Assembly: GCA_963765495.1 (NCBI GenBank)
Contig: CAVXWP010000008.1
Span: 416,001-480,000, forward strand
DNA length: 64,000 bases
DNA from: Blastocatellia bacterium
Lineage (GTDB): Bacteria; Acidobacteriota; Blastocatellia; UBA7656
Direction of reading: 5' to 3'
Below, piece after piece: positions 60,525-64,000 of this stretch; position 1 is the stretch's first letter; each line of letters begins with the position of its first letter. Below the pieces are notes generated by a model. The model did no database searches and was not told where the DNA came from. It worked only from the letters and a program-made list of their open reading frames with translations. The position numbers were made by a program, and so were the translations under genes.

Positions 60525-61272
60525 GATTTAATACCTCCTCACACAGGTTTGAATACTCGATTGCCCCACTTGAGTTGGGAGCAAATGTAAAAATGGTTTC
60601 CTTATAGGCAGGACTCTCCTCAAGGCGAACAGATTTACTAATTACGGTTTCAAAGACTTTCGCTCCAAAGACCTGTTTGATCTGTTCATGGATATCCTTG
60701 GCCAGGGTAGTCCTCTTATCAAGCAAAGTGATCACAACGCCGAGCACTTGTAAATTAGGATTTGGTCTTGCTTTCACTTTCTCCACCGTTTCGAGCAGAT
60801 CATCTGTCCCTTCCAGGGCAAAATATGACGGCTGGATTGGAATAATCAGATAATCCGAGGCTACAAGAGCATTTACAGTTATCAACCCGAGTGTTGGTGG
60901 TGTATCAATGATAAGGTATTCATATTCTCGCACAAGCCCTTCTATCCGGTCTTTTAATCGAAAAGGAGCATCGAATTCGCCAATCAGTTTGCTCTCAAAC
61001 TTTGCGAGGCTGATTCTAAACGGCAATACAAAAAGGCCCGGAATCATTGTGTCCTTTATGACATCATTTGCCATCACGTCGGATTCCGTCAATAATTCAT
61101 AAATTGAATGCTCTATATTTCTGTGATCCAAAAAAGAGAGAGAACTGTTCCCTTGCGGGTCCAGATCTATGATCAGGACTTTTTTCCCGGCCCTGGCGAG
61201 AGCGGCCGAAAGATTGATCGCAGTGGTCGTTTTGCCGACACCGCCTTTTTGGTTAGCAATAGCTATTACCAT
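60517..61272 (-). CDS. parA: ParA/Soj family ATPase
   Basis: [24 protein letters not shown]. Confidence 0.94.
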   Translation of the reverse strand: MVIAIANQKGGVGKTTTAINLSAALARAGKKVLIIDLDPQGNSSLSFLDHRNIEHSIYELLTESDVMANDVIKDTMIPGLFVLPFRISLAKFESKLIGEFDAPFRLKDRIEGLVREYEYLIIDTPPTLGLITVNALVASDYLIIPIQPSYFALEGTDDLLETVEKVKARPNPNLQVLGVVITLLDKRTTLAKDIHEQIKQVFGAKVFETVISKSVRLEESPAYKETIFTFAPNSSGAIEYSNLCEEVLNRV

Positions 61273-61684
61273 AATCCTGCACGGCCTCCTCACAAAGCTT
61301 TTGCATCCTAATGCGTGGATGAATAAGTGTCAAGAGCGAATAAATTTCATCCTTCTAAAACAAGCGATTGGCGGAGGATGTGGCTTTCTCGATTCGGAAG
61401 GAGGTATGATGCCCTGTCGATTCAGGACTATTACGAAGCAGATTCACATAGAGAAAAGATTCTGCCGCGCGCGAATACGTGAGCCTTGATGGACAGACAA
61501 TAGTTCTGGTTTTAAGGAAAGTCTCCGCTCCCTGCTACTGGACCTCAGCTAGCTTGCAACAACACTGCGACTATGGAGTGTATGGTAGACTTTCTCTCAC
61601 TATTATGATTTAATTTCCGCTCGGCAAACCTGAGGCATGGCGTCTCCAGACTGATGCAATTGACGGCTTGAAAAGGGGAACAAA

Positions 61685-62161
61685 ATGGAGATCGAGATGA
61701 AGATCCGGGGCCTGATGATGGATCCGGCGGCAAATACACCTATTATTATACTTAAAGACGTAAATGGAGATGCTATGCTGCCGATCTGGGTAGGTGCTTT
61801 CGAAGCGAATGCTATTGCCGTTGAAATAGAGAAGATGGCGACGCAACGCCCAATGACACATGATCTTGTGAAGAACATTATTTGGGAGCTTGGCGCAACA
61901 GTCAGGCGTATAGTCATAACTGACTTGATAGACAATACATTTTTCGCGGTAATTGAAATGGTTAGAGAGGGTGAGGTAATGATGGTGGACGCGAGGCCAA
62001 GCGATGCTATCGCGCTTGCTTTACGAGTAGATTGTCCGATTTATGTAAATCAAGAGGTGGTTAAAAATTCAAGCACATCGATAACCGAAGAGCCCGTACC
62101 AGCAGATGACGAAGACTGGCCTGATGACTTGCTGGATGATGCGAGCGATTACAAGATGTAA
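61685..62161 (+). CDS. Bifunctional nuclease (DUF151) family protein
   Basis: LPIWVGAFEA, RPMTHDL, DARPSDAIALA. Confidence 0.92.
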   Translation: MEIEMKIRGLMMDPAANTPIIILKDVNGDAMLPIWVGAFEANAIAVEIEKMATQRPMTHDLVKNIIWELGATVRRIVITDLIDNTFFAVIEMVREGEVMMVDARPSDAIALALRVDCPIYVNQEVVKNSSTSITEEPVPADDEDWPDDLLDDASDYKM

Positions 62162-62371
62162 CGATTCAATTCTCCAGCCCTCTCATTTTAGAATGTCTTC
62201 AGCATCGGAATTTTGGATCATGATCTTATTAATATTGCCAATCAATATGGCCAAACGGAATCGGTGTACTTTTTTCGAAATGATTATGATAAAATCCCAC
62301 GAGTCACCAGCCCAGGATGGTCGGATTAGACGAATGATTCAACCAATGAGGTGGACTCGAAAGGAGAAGGT

Positions 62372-62809
62372 ATGAGTAGTTTCAATAAGATAATTATAGT
62401 TGGCCATTTGGGACGAGATCCTGAGTTGAGATATACACCCCAGGGTACGGCCGTGTGCAATTTTTCCGTAGCGACGAGCGAACGGAGAAAGGACAAAACG
62501 GGGGAGTATCAGGATGTTACTACTTGGTTTAATGTCAGTCTGTGGGGCAACAGGGCTGAGCAGGTAAGCCCTTATCTAAGCAAAGGGAAGCTTGTCTTTA
62601 TTGAAGGCAGGCTGACAACGCGGGAATATCAGGATAAGGAAGGAAATACACGTACAAGCCTTGATGTTAACGCTACGGATTTGCAATTTGTCGGGCCAAG
62701 GTCAGACGACTCTACCTCGGTAAGAGAAGAGAGACCGGCTAGAACTGAAAGCCGCGTCACTCACGATGATAATGCCGATTCAATTAGCGATGATGATATT
62801 CCGTTCTAG
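62372..62809 (+). CDS. ssb: Single-stranded DNA-binding protein
   Basis: NKIIIVGHLGRDPELRYT, C-terminal DDDIPF. Confidence 0.96.
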   Translation: MSSFNKIIIVGHLGRDPELRYTPQGTAVCNFSVATSERRKDKTGEYQDVTTWFNVSLWGNRAEQVSPYLSKGKLVFIEGRLTTREYQDKEGNTRTSLDVNATDLQFVGPRSDDSTSVREERPARTESRVTHDDNADSISDDDIPF

Positions 62810-62836
62810 ATGTTGGAGCTTTTGCTTGCTGGAGTA

Positions 62837-64000
62837 TCACTCAGAGACAAATTTTTTTGTCAAATTGAGTTCCTTGATCTTATGTTGCAAGCTCTGCCGG
62901 TGCATTCCAAGCAACGCGGCAGCCTGAGTGATATTCCCCGCCGTTTGTTCAAGACAATTCTCTATATACTTTCTTTCAAATTCCTTCTTTGCCTCTCGGA
63001 AATCTAGAGAGGAGGGAACACTTATCCCCCCATGATCCTCTTTTACTATCTTTATTTGCTTGCTTTTAGATGTCATTTCATCAGGTAAAACGTCCAAAGT
63101 AATTTCTTTATCATCTGAAAGAACGACAGCCCTTTCAATGGCATTTCTTAACTGTCTGACATTTCCAGGCCATTCATATTCAAGCATTACTTTAAGAACA
63201 AGCTTAGTTAATGTTAAAGATTCCCGTCTATATGCGAGTGAGTAACGCTCACAAAATGATTGTGCCAGCACAGGTATATCGGATTTCCTTTCTCGGAGAG
63301 GCGGGAGTTCGATTGTGACTACACAAAGCCTATAATAGAGGTCCTCCCTAAAATTCTGCTGTTCAACCTCTTTTTGCAGATCTTTATTCGTCGCACTAAT
63401 TATTCTGACATCGCTCGTAATAGTCTGGTTACTACCCAATCTTTGGAAACTCTTCTCTTCAATTACCCGGAGTAGTTTCGCTTGGGTAGACAGACTCATG
63501 TCCCCTATTTCATCAAGGAATAAGGTGCCTCCATCTGCGGCCTCAAATTTTCCAATTCTCTTCCCCGTAGCTCCCGTAAAAGCACCTTTTTCATGACCGA
63601 ACAGTTCTGATTCAATCAGGTCCGACGGCATCGCGGCGCAATTTACGGCTATAAATGCTCCTTTTCGCGACCTGCCGCGAGTATGAATCTCTCGGGCTAC
63701 AATTTCTTTTCCTGTTCCAGATTCTCCTGTAATCAGTACGCTGACATCAGTCTGAGCCACTTTCTCTATCATTGAAAATACCTTTTTGATGGCAGGAGAG
63801 GACCCAATCATTTGCCCATAACTAGCTGTTCCGGTCAATTCATTACGCAATTGTTCATTTTCTGTTCTGAGGTGATAGGTCTCCAGTGCGTTCTTTACCT
63901 GTATTCGCAACTCGTCAACATCAAACGGTTTAGCCAGATAGTCATGCGCGCCGCGCTTAATCGCTTCTACGGCAAGGCGTTCTGAGCCATGGGCTGTGAT
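62837..64000 (-). CDS. NtrC-family sigma54 response regulator, N-terminus outside the window
   Basis: The frame is open to the window edge (ITAHGS...YLAKPF, end of REC). [14 protein letters not shown], Fis HTH. Confidence 0.92.
   Translation of the reverse strand: MTAHGSERLAVEAIKRGAHDYLAKPFDVDELRIQVKNALETYHLRTENEQLRNELTGTASYGQMIGSSPAIKKVFSMIEKVAQTDVSVLITGESGTGKEIVAREIHTRGRSRKGAFIAVNCAAMPSDLIESELFGHEKGAFTGATGKRIGKFEAADGGTLFLDEIGDMSLSTQAKLLRVIEEKSFQRLGSNQTITSDVRIISATNKDLQKEVEQQNFREDLYYRLCVVTIELPPLRERKSDIPVLAQSFCERYSLAYRRESLTLTKLVLKVMLEYEWPGNVRQLRNAIERAVVLSDDKEITLDVLPDEMTSKSKQIKIVKEDHGGISVPSSLDFREAKKEFERKYIENCLEQTAGNITQAAALLGMHRQSLQHKIKELNLTKKFVSE

Noticed and set aside
61615-61670. GGCAAAC as a c-di-GMP-I riboswitch start
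   Set aside because: Lacks the GNRA loop, receptor and second stem.
59703-61684. parS site near parAB
   Set aside because: No TGTTTCACGTGAAACA-like palindrome seen.

Overview
Gene-dense bacterial chromosomal window. Gene repertoire and protein style suggest Acidobacteria, probably Blastocatellia-like, though this is inference. It carries about 57 CDSs; I saw no rRNA, tRNA, CRISPR array, transposase or prophage. Housekeeping genes include sppA, hemB, mutL, rpiA, bcp, xerD, lpxD, parAB, ssb and an Fe-S accessory operon. Five loci stand out. (1) An operon of coiled-coil protein, membrane OmpA-domain protein with a cytoplasmic longin/roadblock-like domain, Rab-like small GTPase, hybrid histidine kinase and PP2C phosphatase (13.5-20.3 kb). 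(2) A bchI-bchD-bchH-like chelatase operon whose H subunit is only the C-terminal half (0.1-5 kb). (3) A basic family-1 encapsulin with no visible cargo, divergent from a SufR-Mrp-NifU(Cys-less)-IscA operon (53-57 kb). (4) A TPR-sigma54 activator divergent from a sigma54 promoter driving four small unknown ORFs (43-47.7 kb). (5) A glutaredoxin-like probable selenoprotein with UGA and a SECIS-like hairpin (48.7 kb). There are also a ZntR-type MerR operator and three kinds of small intergenic repeat or MITE elements. All calls come from motif reading by eye; no database searches were run.
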